64,000 bases of DNA from an uncultured Candidatus Saccharibacteria bacterium. GTDB lineage: Bacteria > Patescibacteriota > UBA1384 > CAYGGE01. Below are positions 26,327 to 35,572 of this stretch, piece by piece; the first letter of the stretch is position 1; every line of letters starts with the position of its first letter. The translations under genes were made by a program, and so were the position numbers. The notes under the pieces are model-generated. The model did not search any database. It saw only the letters and a list, made by a program, of their open reading frames with translations, and had not been told where the DNA came from. The stretch spans positions 142,212 through 206,211 of the forward strand of contig CAYGGE010000001.1 of assembly GCA_964349485.1 (NCBI GenBank). The letters are read 5' to 3'.

Positions 26327-26920
26327 CTAGATGCGCAGGAGGCGGTTGAGTTTGTCGGCAATGTCTTCTTCGACGTCGTGAGTTTCGGGGAGGAAGTGTT
26401 CAAGAAAGTCGCGGACTTTGTTGATATCCTGTTGAATTAACGGGATAACGACTGGTGCGCTGAAGCGCTCGGTCTTCTGCAAGTAGAGCCGTTTAACCTC
26501 AGTCTTCTCGAGGATCCAGAAGGTTTTCAGAGCGGAGAAAGGGATCAATTGACCTTTAAACTTGATACCCGTCGCGGTAAAAGTCACTGACGAGACGGCT
26601 GGCTCTTGGTGGGCCAGTCGGTACATGACGATCGCACCCAAGATGACAATTATAGCGACAATGTACTGGCTAGTCAAGAGAAAGATGGTCGTTAAAGCCA
26701 GGGTGACCGCCGCCATAATCGGAAACCACCACGAGTTTTTCTTATAATGCAGAAACTCTGGCGCTTTCCAGGAAAGAATTGTGTGTTCAGACGATTTTTC
26801 AGTCACTTTACCCCGCTTATATGTATTTACCGTAACGTAGTCATTCCAACCTGTCAATGTTGGGCTTCCCAATTTTTTAGAAAGCGTTTTTAATGGTATA
26901 CTCAAATCATGATTAAGCAA
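26327..26920 (-). CDS. Hypothetical two-TM membrane protein (possible bacterial PH-like domain); start uncertain
   Basis: The track ORF begins at a TTG that overlaps the divergent thioredoxin ATG by 12 nt, so the true start may be internal. No family motif was recognised. Confidence 0.3.
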   Translation of the reverse strand: MLNHDLSIPLKTLSKKLGSPTLTGWNDYVTVNTYKRGKVTEKSSEHTILSWKAPEFLHYKKNSWWFPIMAAVTLALTTIFLLTSQYIVAIIVILGAIVMYRLAHQEPAVSSVTFTATGIKFKGQLIPFSALKTFWILEKTEVKRLYLQKTERFSAPVVIPLIQQDINKVRDFLEHFLPETHDVEEDIADKLNRLLRI

Positions 26921-27409
26921 GATCTTGTTAAAAATGGTAAATACATTTTAGGTATTGCTCTTCTTTTGATTGTCTTCGGTTATGTTATGGCGAATAATGG
27001 TGAAAAACCAAGCGAAAGTAACAATACTTCGCCATTACCTACATATACAACAGCTGTCTTGTCTGGTGAAAACGGGACAGAAGCGACAGTGTCAACCAAA
27101 CCCGGTACTTATGTCGCTTACGATGAGGCTTCATTCTTAAAAACCGCCGGCTCGAAAATCTTATTCTTTCATGCGCCATGGTGTCCTCAATGTCGCGCAC
27201 TAGAGGCCAGCATAAACTCTGGGACGATCCCGACAGGAGTCACTATCAGTAAAGTTGACTACGACAGTCACCAAGCGTTACGCAAAAAATATGGTGTCAC
27301 GATTCAGACGACACTGGTACTGTTAGATGACGAAGGGAAGCTAATAAAAAGGTATGTCGCCTACGATGAGCCAACACTTGCCTCAGTAGTAAAAAATCTC
27401 TTACCATGA
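26909..27409 (+). CDS. Membrane-anchored thioredoxin-fold thiol:disulfide oxidoreductase (ResA/TlpA-like)
   Basis: N-terminal TM plus FFHAPWCPQCRAL (WCxxC active site). Confidence 0.75.
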   Translation: MIKQDLVKNGKYILGIALLLIVFGYVMANNGEKPSESNNTSPLPTYTTAVLSGENGTEATVSTKPGTYVAYDEASFLKTAGSKILFFHAPWCPQCRALEASINSGTIPTGVTISKVDYDSHQALRKKYGVTIQTTLVLLDDEGKLIKRYVAYDEPTLASVVKNLLP

Positions 27410-28146
27410 TTCTAATCATTGCCTCACTGTTTGCCGGTATCCTGACTGTCGCCGCACCTTGCATCTTACCTCTCTTGCCTGTAGTGATCGGAGGATCATT
27501 AAGTTCCACTGCTGGTGTCTCAAAACGCGCTGCCTTCACTATCGCTGCCAGTTTGGCTATTTCAATTATCTTTTTTACTCTAATATTGAAGACGACCACT
27601 GTCTTACTCGGGATTTCAACTACCGTCTGGCAGTCAATCTCTGGTCTAATAATAATCCTATTTGGATTACAGTTGCTCTTTCCAAGTCTCTGGGAACAGG
27701 TGAGCGCAAGTTTCAAATTACAGGGGATTTCGGGAAGCTGGTTAAGCCGATCTAGTATATCTAAAGGCTGGTGGCGTGACGTCCTGCTTGGAGCAGCGCT
27801 CGGACCCGTTTTTAATAGTTGTAGCCCGACTTACGCCCTGCTTGTGGCCGCTATTTTGCCAGTTTCGTTTGGCCAAGGTCTTGCCGCTCTTTCAGCCTAT
27901 GCTCTTGGACTTTCCGGAACCTTACTGGCGATCAGTCTATTAGGACAACGGGTACTTCTTCCGCTAAAACTGGCTAGCAATCCGGAGGGTTGGTTTCGCA
28001 GAGGATTAGGGATAGTGCTGATATTGACTGGTCTAATGATTATTTTCGGCCTCGACAAGCAATTACAAGCCTATATCCTTAACCAAGGCTGGTACGATTC
28101 AATCGGCGGTATTGAAAAAGTATTTCTTAATCGGCTTAAAAGTTGA
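27406..28146 (+). CDS. ccdA: Cytochrome c-type biogenesis protein CcdA / DsbD-family transmembrane electron transporter
   Basis: LTVAAPCILPLLPV (first conserved Cys) and FNSCSPTYALL (second Cys), with six TM segments. ATGA-coupled to the thioredoxin gene. Confidence 0.75.
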   Translation: MILIIASLFAGILTVAAPCILPLLPVVIGGSLSSTAGVSKRAAFTIAASLAISIIFFTLILKTTTVLLGISTTVWQSISGLIIILFGLQLLFPSLWEQVSASFKLQGISGSWLSRSSISKGWWRDVLLGAALGPVFNSCSPTYALLVAAILPVSFGQGLAALSAYALGLSGTLLAISLLGQRVLLPLKLASNPEGWFRRGLGIVLILTGLMIIFGLDKQLQAYILNQGWYDSIGGIEKVFLNRLKS

Positions 28147-28210
28147 AGCCATTTGTGAAATTTTACATTCACCAATAAACTTCCACCGATCTGCGGAACG
28201 GTAAAAATTT

Positions 28211-28298
<88 letters not shown>

Positions 28299-28397
28299 AA
28301 TCTGAGGCTATCATACCTGAAAAGGTTTTATTTTTCCAGAGCTTTAGCTTGAATTACTGGTCATTTTTACCTATACTATGAAAGCGAAGGAGCAGTG

Positions 28398-28712
28398 ATG
28401 AAGAGCGGTCAAACAAAGCTTAGCTGGGTTGGATTGGTTGGACTGCTCGTCGTGCTGTTCGTAATTGCACTCATTGGTCTACAGTCTAAAAAAGGCCCTC
28501 TCTTGCCAACCTCCACCTATGCACCGGCCATCCCTGAATCGAATCAGGTCTCAAAAGACTTTATCGATCGAGCATCGGCCAAGGCTGAGGCAGGGGATTT
28601 CCGAGGGGCGGTTACGATCCTCGACCAAGCCATCGCCGATTCACCGGACGACCAAAACTTGAAATTAACCAAAGAATATTACGAAAACGAAGCAGTGCGT
28701 CATGGGCAGTAG
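28398..28712 (+). CDS. Small TM-anchored protein with a TPR-like helix pair, hypothetical
   Basis: ATG 28398 with a GGAG RBS (the track ORF begins at GTG 28395). TM LSWVGLVGLLVVLFVIALIGL. Confidence 0.4.
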   Translation: MKSGQTKLSWVGLVGLLVVLFVIALIGLQSKKGPLLPTSTYAPAIPESNQVSKDFIDRASAKAEAGDFRGAVTILDQAIADSPDDQNLKLTKEYYENEAVRHGQ

Positions 28713-29973
28713 GTTTCTTTGTAGGACTATCAGTATACTTTTGCTGGCGCTTTTTCTAGCCCCGGCCGGGGCTTTGGCCATCAATAAAAACGCGATTATT
28801 AGCCAAGAAGAGACCGCCTACAATAACGTTAAAGCTTCAGATATCCAGGCTTACCTCAATGCGACTGGCTCACAGCTGGCTAGCTATGCCATCCCCGAGT
28901 CGTTTGAAGTGTACTATCCAATTGGCAAGGGGCAGTGGGATAAGGTTGAGGTGCGTCAGGAGTGGCAGTCTAACCTAGAACTTGAAAAATATTATGGCAA
29001 GTCGGTAGCTGAATTGCTTGCCGATTGGGCAGGAACTGATCGTGCTAATCGAAAGCCATCGAGCCCAGGGAAGATGAATCCTTTGATCGCTCTAGCAACC
29101 ATGGATAAAGAGAGTGCTAGTGTCACTGGCTCATATAAAAATATCATTGTGACGGAAAAGCCGATCACTATGAGTTGGCTGATGGGTTACGGCTTCAACG
29201 GCAAGATGGATAGCTGTATAAAGAACGGGGACTGTGATATCAATGCTGATGGCGAATTTAACGATGCCGACAAGGAATACATGCGTCAACGCGCCATATG
29301 GTACGGTGGCCCAGGGATGCAGATCGTTGAAGGTACGGCCGCGCTGAAGCGATGGTCGACCAATCCAGAAGCGAGCAGTACTTGTGAGGGCGGTGGTTGG
29401 GAGCGACTGATCGTTAGCGGTGAGTGTTTGCATCTAGAAAACAGCATTACTCATGCCCTTTATAGGTATACACCCAACTTTTCCGGTAATGAGCTGTTTC
29501 TCAGACTCTATGATAAAATTAAGGGAGCTTTTCCTTTTCCAGCTGTTGCCGAGCCCAATGAAAGCGACAATGACACTGCCGAGTATACACTCGATACGTA
29601 CAATACCAATTTTACGATCACCGGCTATAAGGCACCGAACAACAAGGCCGTTTTCTCTGGCAATGTCTTGGCCGATACTGGAACTACCAACTGGGAGCTG
29701 ACCTTCCAGCCGCGAGTCGGCAAGCACATGTATAGCGTTGACTACCAGCGATCAGATGGCTCGGTCATCAACCATAAATATTTTTACGTCAACAAACGAA
29801 AAGTGGGCGATATCAACAATAGCGGCGGAGTCGATATCCAAGATCTCTCCATCCTGGCTACTTACTGGGGACATACCGATCCACCTGACCCCATGACTAA
29901 CCTTAATCCGAGTGTAGATAATGAGGTCAATATCCTAGATCTCTCGAACTTAGCCGCAAACTTTGAAAAATAA
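28702..29973 (+). CDS. Secreted protein with a C-terminal type-I dockerin domain
   Basis: Signal peptide MGSRFLCRTISILLLALFLAPAGALA. Two dockerin Ca-binding repeats, GDINNSGGVDIQDLSILATYW and VDNEVNILDLSNLAANF. Confidence 0.65.
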   Translation: MGSRFLCRTISILLLALFLAPAGALAINKNAIISQEETAYNNVKASDIQAYLNATGSQLASYAIPESFEVYYPIGKGQWDKVEVRQEWQSNLELEKYYGKSVAELLADWAGTDRANRKPSSPGKMNPLIALATMDKESASVTGSYKNIIVTEKPITMSWLMGYGFNGKMDSCIKNGDCDINADGEFNDADKEYMRQRAIWYGGPGMQIVEGTAALKRWSTNPEASSTCEGGGWERLIVSGECLHLENSITHALYRYTPNFSGNELFLRLYDKIKGAFPFPAVAEPNESDNDTAEYTLDTYNTNFTITGYKAPNNKAVFSGNVLADTGTTNWELTFQPRVGKHMYSVDYQRSDGSVINHKYFYVNKRKVGDINNSGGVDIQDLSILATYWGHTDPPDPMTNLNPSVDNEVNILDLSNLAANFEK

Positions 29974-29996
29974 TCAAGAAAGTAAGGGGTGGGAAC

Positions 29997-31253
29997 GTGA
30001 AATATATTGTAAAACTCTCTCTGGCGTTGGTGATCGCCATGGCGCCGGTTGCAGTAGCTACAGTCGCAGCAGCAGGCATTGGAAGTAGTAACGGTGGCTC
30101 TCGTGTGGTTGGTGAGAAGTTTACCATCACTGTTTCCGCCAGTGGGGCGACTTTTGACAGTCTGCAAGGCACCATTTCGGTTTCTGGCCCCGTCGAAATC
30201 GTCAGTTTTTCTCCCGGGAGCGCCACTTGGCTGCCGGGAAAGTCACCGGCCGATGGTCAACAGTTTGTGGGTATCATTGCCCCTACAACCAGTGCGGTAG
30301 TGGCGAGGATCACTTTAAGAGGGACCAAGGAAGGTTCTGGTTCAGTTAATGTAAGTGGAGTTAAACTTGCCAGTAAGGGCGATATCGTCGGTACTGACGC
30401 CAATGGGTCGGGCTTTAAAATTGGTCGGGCTCCTGTACTGCCAGGCGGTGTTAATGTCAGCTCGGTGACACATCCCAAGCAAGACGAAGCCTATGAAAAC
30501 CGAAGTATCAATCTTTCTTGGGAAAAGGCTGCTGGGGTAAGTGAATTTTCCTACATTCTCGATCAGGCGGCGGACACGACACCAGCCACTTCAAAATCTG
30601 ATGGAGCCGGAACGACGGTAACTTTCGACGGCAAAGATATTGGGACATACTATTTCCATATTCGGGCTAAAAATGGTGACGGCTGGGGTGGCACAACCCA
30701 CTTTAAGATTACAATTAAGGAGCCTGATCCTAAGATTGAATCGACCCTTGCCAAACCTGTCGTCAAAGACATCCGTAAAATGAAGACCTTTTCTACCGAT
30801 CTCGTAGAGGGTACGGCAACCGGAATCGAGCTTTCCGGAACTGGGCAACCTGGTTACAGCATGAACGTAAAATTTAGCCCAACACTCGGCGAGACTGGTG
30901 AACTGGTCACCGTGACAGCCGACGAGAGTGGAGCTTGGGTGCTTTCGCTTGAAAAACCAGTTAAAGCCGGTTTTTACAGTGTGACTGTGCAAGGCCAACA
31001 GGAAAAAGTCCTGACTCCAATGTCAAAACTTAAGTACTTTGAAATCAGTTTAGCCAAGGCTGGCAATGTCGAGTTCATCGACGAAGGCGATGCAGTACCG
31101 ACTCCCGGGCCCAGTCCGACCTCATCGGCCAGCAAGGGCTCAGCGACCGCACTTCGACCACTTCTCTTAGCGCTAGCCGTAGCCATCGTCGGTACAGGTG
31201 CTGTCGCGGGTATCGTTCAGACTCGTCGACGTCGAAAAGCCCGGATGACCTGA
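29997..31253 (+). CDS. Surface-anchored protein with a putative N-terminal cohesin-like domain, an FN3/Ig-like region and a C-terminal TM with RRRRKARM tail
   Basis: GTG start with a strong AAGGGGTGG RBS. Signal peptide. VVGEKFTITVSASGATFDSLQGTISVSGPVEIVSF...ARITLRGTKEGSGSVNVSGVKL is a cohesin-like beta-sandwich. The C-terminus is LLLALAVAIVGTGAVAGIVQTRRRRKARMT. Confidence 0.5.
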   Translation: MKYIVKLSLALVIAMAPVAVATVAAAGIGSSNGGSRVVGEKFTITVSASGATFDSLQGTISVSGPVEIVSFSPGSATWLPGKSPADGQQFVGIIAPTTSAVVARITLRGTKEGSGSVNVSGVKLASKGDIVGTDANGSGFKIGRAPVLPGGVNVSSVTHPKQDEAYENRSINLSWEKAAGVSEFSYILDQAADTTPATSKSDGAGTTVTFDGKDIGTYYFHIRAKNGDGWGGTTHFKITIKEPDPKIESTLAKPVVKDIRKMKTFSTDLVEGTATGIELSGTGQPGYSMNVKFSPTLGETGELVTVTADESGAWVLSLEKPVKAGFYSVTVQGQQEKVLTPMSKLKYFEISLAKAGNVEFIDEGDAVPTPGPSPTSSASKGSATALRPLLLALAVAIVGTGAVAGIVQTRRRRKARMT

Positions 31254-31371
31254 CGTCACAGGCCCTCAGGTAAGCTATCAGGTTGTTTACTCATTTTAGA
31301 ATATACGGTACTATGGGTTACGAAGTGCTCTCGAAGCCTTCTTCTTTTTCGCAGGTAACAATTGGAGCATT

Positions 31372-32328
31372 ATGCGCATACTCATCGCCGGTGGGGCTGG
31401 TTTCTTAGGTTCTCATCTTGCCGACCGTTACGCCGAAAACTACGACGTGGTAATTGTCGATAATTTGTCGACCAGTCGGAGTGATACTATTGACCATCTG
31501 ACGAGCAATCCGAAAGTTACGTTTGTGAAAGCAGATATTACGAAACCATTGCCTGCATCGGTAACCGATCTCCACTACGATGTCATTGCGAACTTGGCGT
31601 CACCTGCCAGTCCACCAGCTTATCAACGGTTAGCGATACCGACGCTTCACGTCGGCTCAATCGGGGTGGAACAGCTCCTCGAATTGGCTAGGAAAAATAG
31701 CGCCCGTTTTTTTCATGCCTCAACCAGTGAAGTCTATGGTGATCCCTTAGTTCATCCGCAAAAAGAGAATTATAATGGTAATACTAACTGTTACGGCCCG
31801 CGGGCCATGTACGACGAGAGCAAACGCTACGGCGAGGCGCTGATTTACGTCTATCGGCAACAATATCAGATGAACACGGGTATCATCCGTATCTTCAATA
31901 CCTATGGTCCACGCATGGACCCTAAGGATGGTCGCGTGGTCTCTAATTTTATCGTTCAGGCCCTTGAAGGCAAATCACTCACCGTGTATGGCGATGGTCA
32001 GCAGACACGGAGTTTTTGCTATGTTAGCGACCTGATCGACGGCATGGTGCGGTTTATCGATTCAAACGAAGAAGGGCCGATGAATCTTGGCAATCCAACC
32101 GAGTTTACGATCAGTGAGTTAGCTGAAAAAGTGAGAACCTTAGTCGGTACCAAACTACCGATCGTCCGTCAGCCGATGCCGGTCGATGATCCTTTACAAC
32201 GTAAACCGGATATTAGCTTAGCTAAAGAGCGTTTAGATTGGGAACCACAGATTCCGCTTGAGGAAGGGCTGGCGAAAACGATAGATTATTTCCGTCATCA
32301 GTTGACACTGACGAAAGGTGAACAATGA
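31372..32328 (+). CDS. uxs: UDP-glucuronate decarboxylase (UDP-xylose synthase, UXS family SDR)
   Basis: MRILIAGGAGFLGSHL (Rossmann), NTNCYGPRAMYDESKRYGE (UXS-type YxxxK region). GGAG RBS. Confidence 0.8.
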   Translation: MRILIAGGAGFLGSHLADRYAENYDVVIVDNLSTSRSDTIDHLTSNPKVTFVKADITKPLPASVTDLHYDVIANLASPASPPAYQRLAIPTLHVGSIGVEQLLELARKNSARFFHASTSEVYGDPLVHPQKENYNGNTNCYGPRAMYDESKRYGEALIYVYRQQYQMNTGIIRIFNTYGPRMDPKDGRVVSNFIVQALEGKSLTVYGDGQQTRSFCYVSDLIDGMVRFIDSNEEGPMNLGNPTEFTISELAEKVRTLVGTKLPIVRQPMPVDDPLQRKPDISLAKERLDWEPQIPLEEGLAKTIDYFRHQLTLTKGEQ

Positions 32329-33629
32329 AAATTACCATGATTGGTGGAGTTGGATATGTCGGTCTAGTGAGTGGGGCTTGTTTGGCCGACCTTGGTAACG
32401 ATGTGATCTGCACCGGCCGCGACCAACAGAAGATTGATGGCCTGAAACTCGGCAAGAGCCCGATCTATGAACCAGGCTTGGAAGATGTCCTTGAGCGCAA
32501 TATTAAGGCCGGTCGACTTAAATTTACGACCAACAATACAGAAGCTATCCAAGCATCGGATATCATTTTCTTGACCGTCGGTACGCCGTCAGCCGCCGAT
32601 GGCTCGGCTGATCTGTCGCAGATCGACACCGCTGCTATGGAAATAGCGGAGGCTTTAAAGGCAGAGCAAACCCAGCGTTACCGAGTTATTGTCAACAAGA
32701 GTACCGTACCGATCGGCACTGGTGAGCGTGTTCGCAAGATTATCGCCGACATCTACGACGGCCCTTTTGACGTGACATCGAACCCAGAATTTTTACGTGA
32801 AGGTTCAGCCGTCCAGGATTTTTCTGTACCTGACCGAGTAGTGATTGGGGTAGAAAGTGAACAAGCCAAACAGATCCTCAATGAGCTTTACATTCCACAA
32901 AACGCACCAATTCTTTTCACCAACTTAAAGACCGCTGAGATGATTAAGTATGCCGCTAACTCTTATCTGGCGACTTCAATTTCGTTCATGAACGGGTTGG
33001 CCCAACTTTGTGAAGTAGTTGGAGCCGACGTAACCAAAGTGGCGCAAGGGATGCGTTACGATCAACGAATCGGTCAGAAAGCTTTTCTCGATGCTGGTAT
33101 AGGTTACGGTGGGGCTTGTTTTCCGAAGGACGTCAAAGCCTTAAAGCATATCAGCGAAGAGCATGGTGCGCCCCTAGCATTACTTGAAGTGGTTGAGGCA
33201 GTTAATAAGCGCCAGAAGATCGCTCTGGTGCCAAAAATTGAGACAGCGCTCAATGGGCTTTCGGGTAAAACAATCGCTGTCTGGGGTCTAGCCTTCAAGC
33301 CTAATACCGACGACATGCGTGAGGCGCCAAGTGTCGCGTTGATCAATGCCTTGCAAACTAAAGGGGCAAAAATCAATGCCTATGACCCAGTGGCGATGGA
33401 TAACGCCCGTCAGTATCTCCCTGACATCAACTATTCGACTAGTCCACTCGAGGCCACTAGTGGGGCTGATGCGCTGGTTATCGTCACTGATTGGTCAGAA
33501 TTCAAGGCAATTGAACTAACCTCGATCAAGCAATCACTAAGTCGACCGCTGGTCTTTGATGGACGCAATATGTACGATCCAGCGACCGTCAAAGAGGCGG
33601 GTTTTGATTACATCTCGATTGGTCGATAG
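32325..33629 (+). CDS. ugd: UDP-glucose 6-dehydrogenase
   Basis: MKITMIGGVGYVGLVSGACLADLG...GGACFPKDV (catalytic Cys). 434 aa. Confidence 0.85.
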   Translation: MKITMIGGVGYVGLVSGACLADLGNDVICTGRDQQKIDGLKLGKSPIYEPGLEDVLERNIKAGRLKFTTNNTEAIQASDIIFLTVGTPSAADGSADLSQIDTAAMEIAEALKAEQTQRYRVIVNKSTVPIGTGERVRKIIADIYDGPFDVTSNPEFLREGSAVQDFSVPDRVVIGVESEQAKQILNELYIPQNAPILFTNLKTAEMIKYAANSYLATSISFMNGLAQLCEVVGADVTKVAQGMRYDQRIGQKAFLDAGIGYGGACFPKDVKALKHISEEHGAPLALLEVVEAVNKRQKIALVPKIETALNGLSGKTIAVWGLAFKPNTDDMREAPSVALINALQTKGAKINAYDPVAMDNARQYLPDINYSTSPLEATSGADALVIVTDWSEFKAIELTSIKQSLSRPLVFDGRNMYDPATVKEAGFDYISIGR

Positions 33630-33654
33630 AACGATAGCACTCACAACAAGAAAT

Positions 33655-33686
33655 CTGTTGAGCTTCGTCTCCAGCTTGCTATAATA
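33655..33686 (+). promoter_or_regulatory. Candidate promoter (TTGAGC-16-TATAAT), about 7 nt upstream of ATG 33694
   Basis: TATAAT at 33681-33686. The gap to the start codon suggests a leaderless mRNA. Confidence 0.4.
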
Positions 33687-33693
33687 AGACTAT

Positions 33694-35100
33694 ATGAAAA
33701 TGCTACAGCAAAAAGGAGTCCTGTTTTGGTTTGTTCAAATCATTTTTTTTAGTGTCTTAGCTTATCTGGCGTTCCACTATCGGCGCTTAACCGACTTCCC
33801 AATCGGTGACGACCCGGCGGCCCACATCCAAACGATTAAAGATTTTTCCTATACTGGCCTATTGCAGACCAGTTATCCACTGCCATTACTCGTCTTTAAA
33901 TTTTTTCATGACCTGACACGCTTACCTCACTACGAGGTTTTTGTCTCACTAATCTCAACTTTCCTGCTGGCTGCTGCTTGCATGCTCTATGCTTTTATCT
34001 GGCGAGTCACTGGTGATTGGCGAACCGGTGCAGTTGCCGCAGTGCTGTTTGTGGTCGCTCGGTGGGTTAACGATGGCTTACGAATGGGCTTGCTAGCTGA
34101 AGTTTTTGGCTGGTCGGTGCTTTTTGCCGCTCTGTTTGCTTTTAGCATGAAGCATAAGTGGCTGACTATCGCCACGAGTGGCTTGCTACTCATCTCTCAT
34201 CCTTTTGGCTTCACGATCTTTGCCCTGATAGTCTTAATGTCCGGTTTGGTCAGTCTTTATAGGGGGAGCGAGGATGAACGTCAATTCGTCATCCAACTAT
34301 TTAAGATCTATGGTGTGCTGTTCCTCCTCGGGATCGTGGTTCGGCCGGGACTATTTGTCGGGGTTTTGAATTTTGCGCCCGGTGACCCAACAGACTGGGG
34401 CAACCGGACCCTTTGGCAGATTATTGCCGGAGATGATATGAGGCGTGCTCTGGTGCCGTTCCTGGCATTGGTTGGACTGTTCGTCGCGCTCAAAGATTGG
34501 GAGAAACCATATATTAGAGCCTCATTTTTCTTACTGGTGATCGGTCTATTCTTGTCCTTAAATCATATCCTTGGTATTGGCTTTATCTCTTTTCGGTTTT
34601 ATGTCTATCTTGAGATGGGCATCGCTATCTTTGCCGCCTTAGCGTTAGTCGAATCAGTTCGACTGCTCCGACTGCCTGTGCTGGTTAGCGGTGCAATCCT
34701 TTTGGTATTGACTGCCATGTTGGTCTTGCCAAACTATAAGGTCAATCAGGAGATCGGACATTGGCAGGCGACCAATCCCGATGCCAAAGCGGTCATGTTG
34801 CCGACCGATCGTGCGGCCCTTGACTGGATAAAAGCCAGCACTAAAGAGAACGATGTGATTATTGTTCCAGCGCGCTACATGCTTTGGGTTATCGCTTATG
34901 CTGATCGACGCCATGTGATCACCAGGCCCGAAGTTTACGATAACGATGACTATACCCGTCACTTAGCCGAGCGGACTGAGTCACCGATCCAAGGTGATTA
35001 CATCTATTATGGCCAAGGGCAGAGTGAGCCATACCAGCTAGCTGAACACCATCGTTTGGTATATACCAAAGGCGGGGTTCGTATCTGGAGGAAAGAATGA
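33694..35100 (+). CDS. Polytopic integral membrane protein, hypothetical (possible polymerase or GT-C-like)
   Basis: 468 aa with 12 or more hydrophobic helices and no soluble catalytic motif recognised. Sits inside the glycan locus. Confidence 0.4.
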   Translation: MKMLQQKGVLFWFVQIIFFSVLAYLAFHYRRLTDFPIGDDPAAHIQTIKDFSYTGLLQTSYPLPLLVFKFFHDLTRLPHYEVFVSLISTFLLAAACMLYAFIWRVTGDWRTGAVAAVLFVVARWVNDGLRMGLLAEVFGWSVLFAALFAFSMKHKWLTIATSGLLLISHPFGFTIFALIVLMSGLVSLYRGSEDERQFVIQLFKIYGVLFLLGIVVRPGLFVGVLNFAPGDPTDWGNRTLWQIIAGDDMRRALVPFLALVGLFVALKDWEKPYIRASFFLLVIGLFLSLNHILGIGFISFRFYVYLEMGIAIFAALALVESVRLLRLPVLVSGAILLVLTAMLVLPNYKVNQEIGHWQATNPDAKAVMLPTDRAALDWIKASTKENDVIIVPARYMLWVIAYADRRHVITRPEVYDNDDYTRHLAERTESPIQGDYIYYGQGQSEPYQLAEHHRLVYTKGGVRIWRKE

Positions 35101-35462
35101 TTGAGATTAGGAAAAGTTTGATTGCTACGCTCTTTATTGCTAGCACCTTAATGATCTATGTCATGCCAGAATTGCTGCAATTATCAGTTATTCTTGCGTA
35201 CATATCGGTTGGTATTACTTTGGTTCTTGAACCAAAAAGTGCTTATCGAGCAGCCCTATTGGTTATCGGAGCGTTATATGTCTGTATTGTGTTTGTTGGT
35301 CAGATCAGTCCATATCCCTGGCTTATTGATCAGCGAGTGGCCTTTCCTGTCGCCGTTGCACTGACACTAGCTCTACTTTTTGGGACAATTGGACTCATTC
35401 TCTTTCTACCGTATCTTGTTCAGCGACTAGTCGCCAAGTTTAGGTCCGTGCGGAGAAAGTAG
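35097..35462 (+). CDS. Small 3-4 TM membrane protein, hypothetical
   Basis: 121 aa, hydrophobic, with a C-terminal KFRSVRRK tail. ATGA-coupled. Confidence 0.35.
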   Translation: MIEIRKSLIATLFIASTLMIYVMPELLQLSVILAYISVGITLVLEPKSAYRAALLVIGALYVCIVFVGQISPYPWLIDQRVAFPVAVALTLALLFGTIGLILFLPYLVQRLVAKFRSVRRK

Positions 35463-35572
35463 TCGACCATATCGCTGGTATACATCATTGTTTTTGACCT
35501 GTAAGATCGGTATACTGCTGATTAGCGATAACTAACGAATAATCGTGTTTAATCAGTATCAGAGGATGATCG

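Noticed and set aside
31249-31256. TGACGTCA 8-bp palindrome at the end of the cohesin-like gene
   Set aside because: It is short enough to occur by chance, it overlaps the stop codon, and it has no flanking T-run or other regulatory context.
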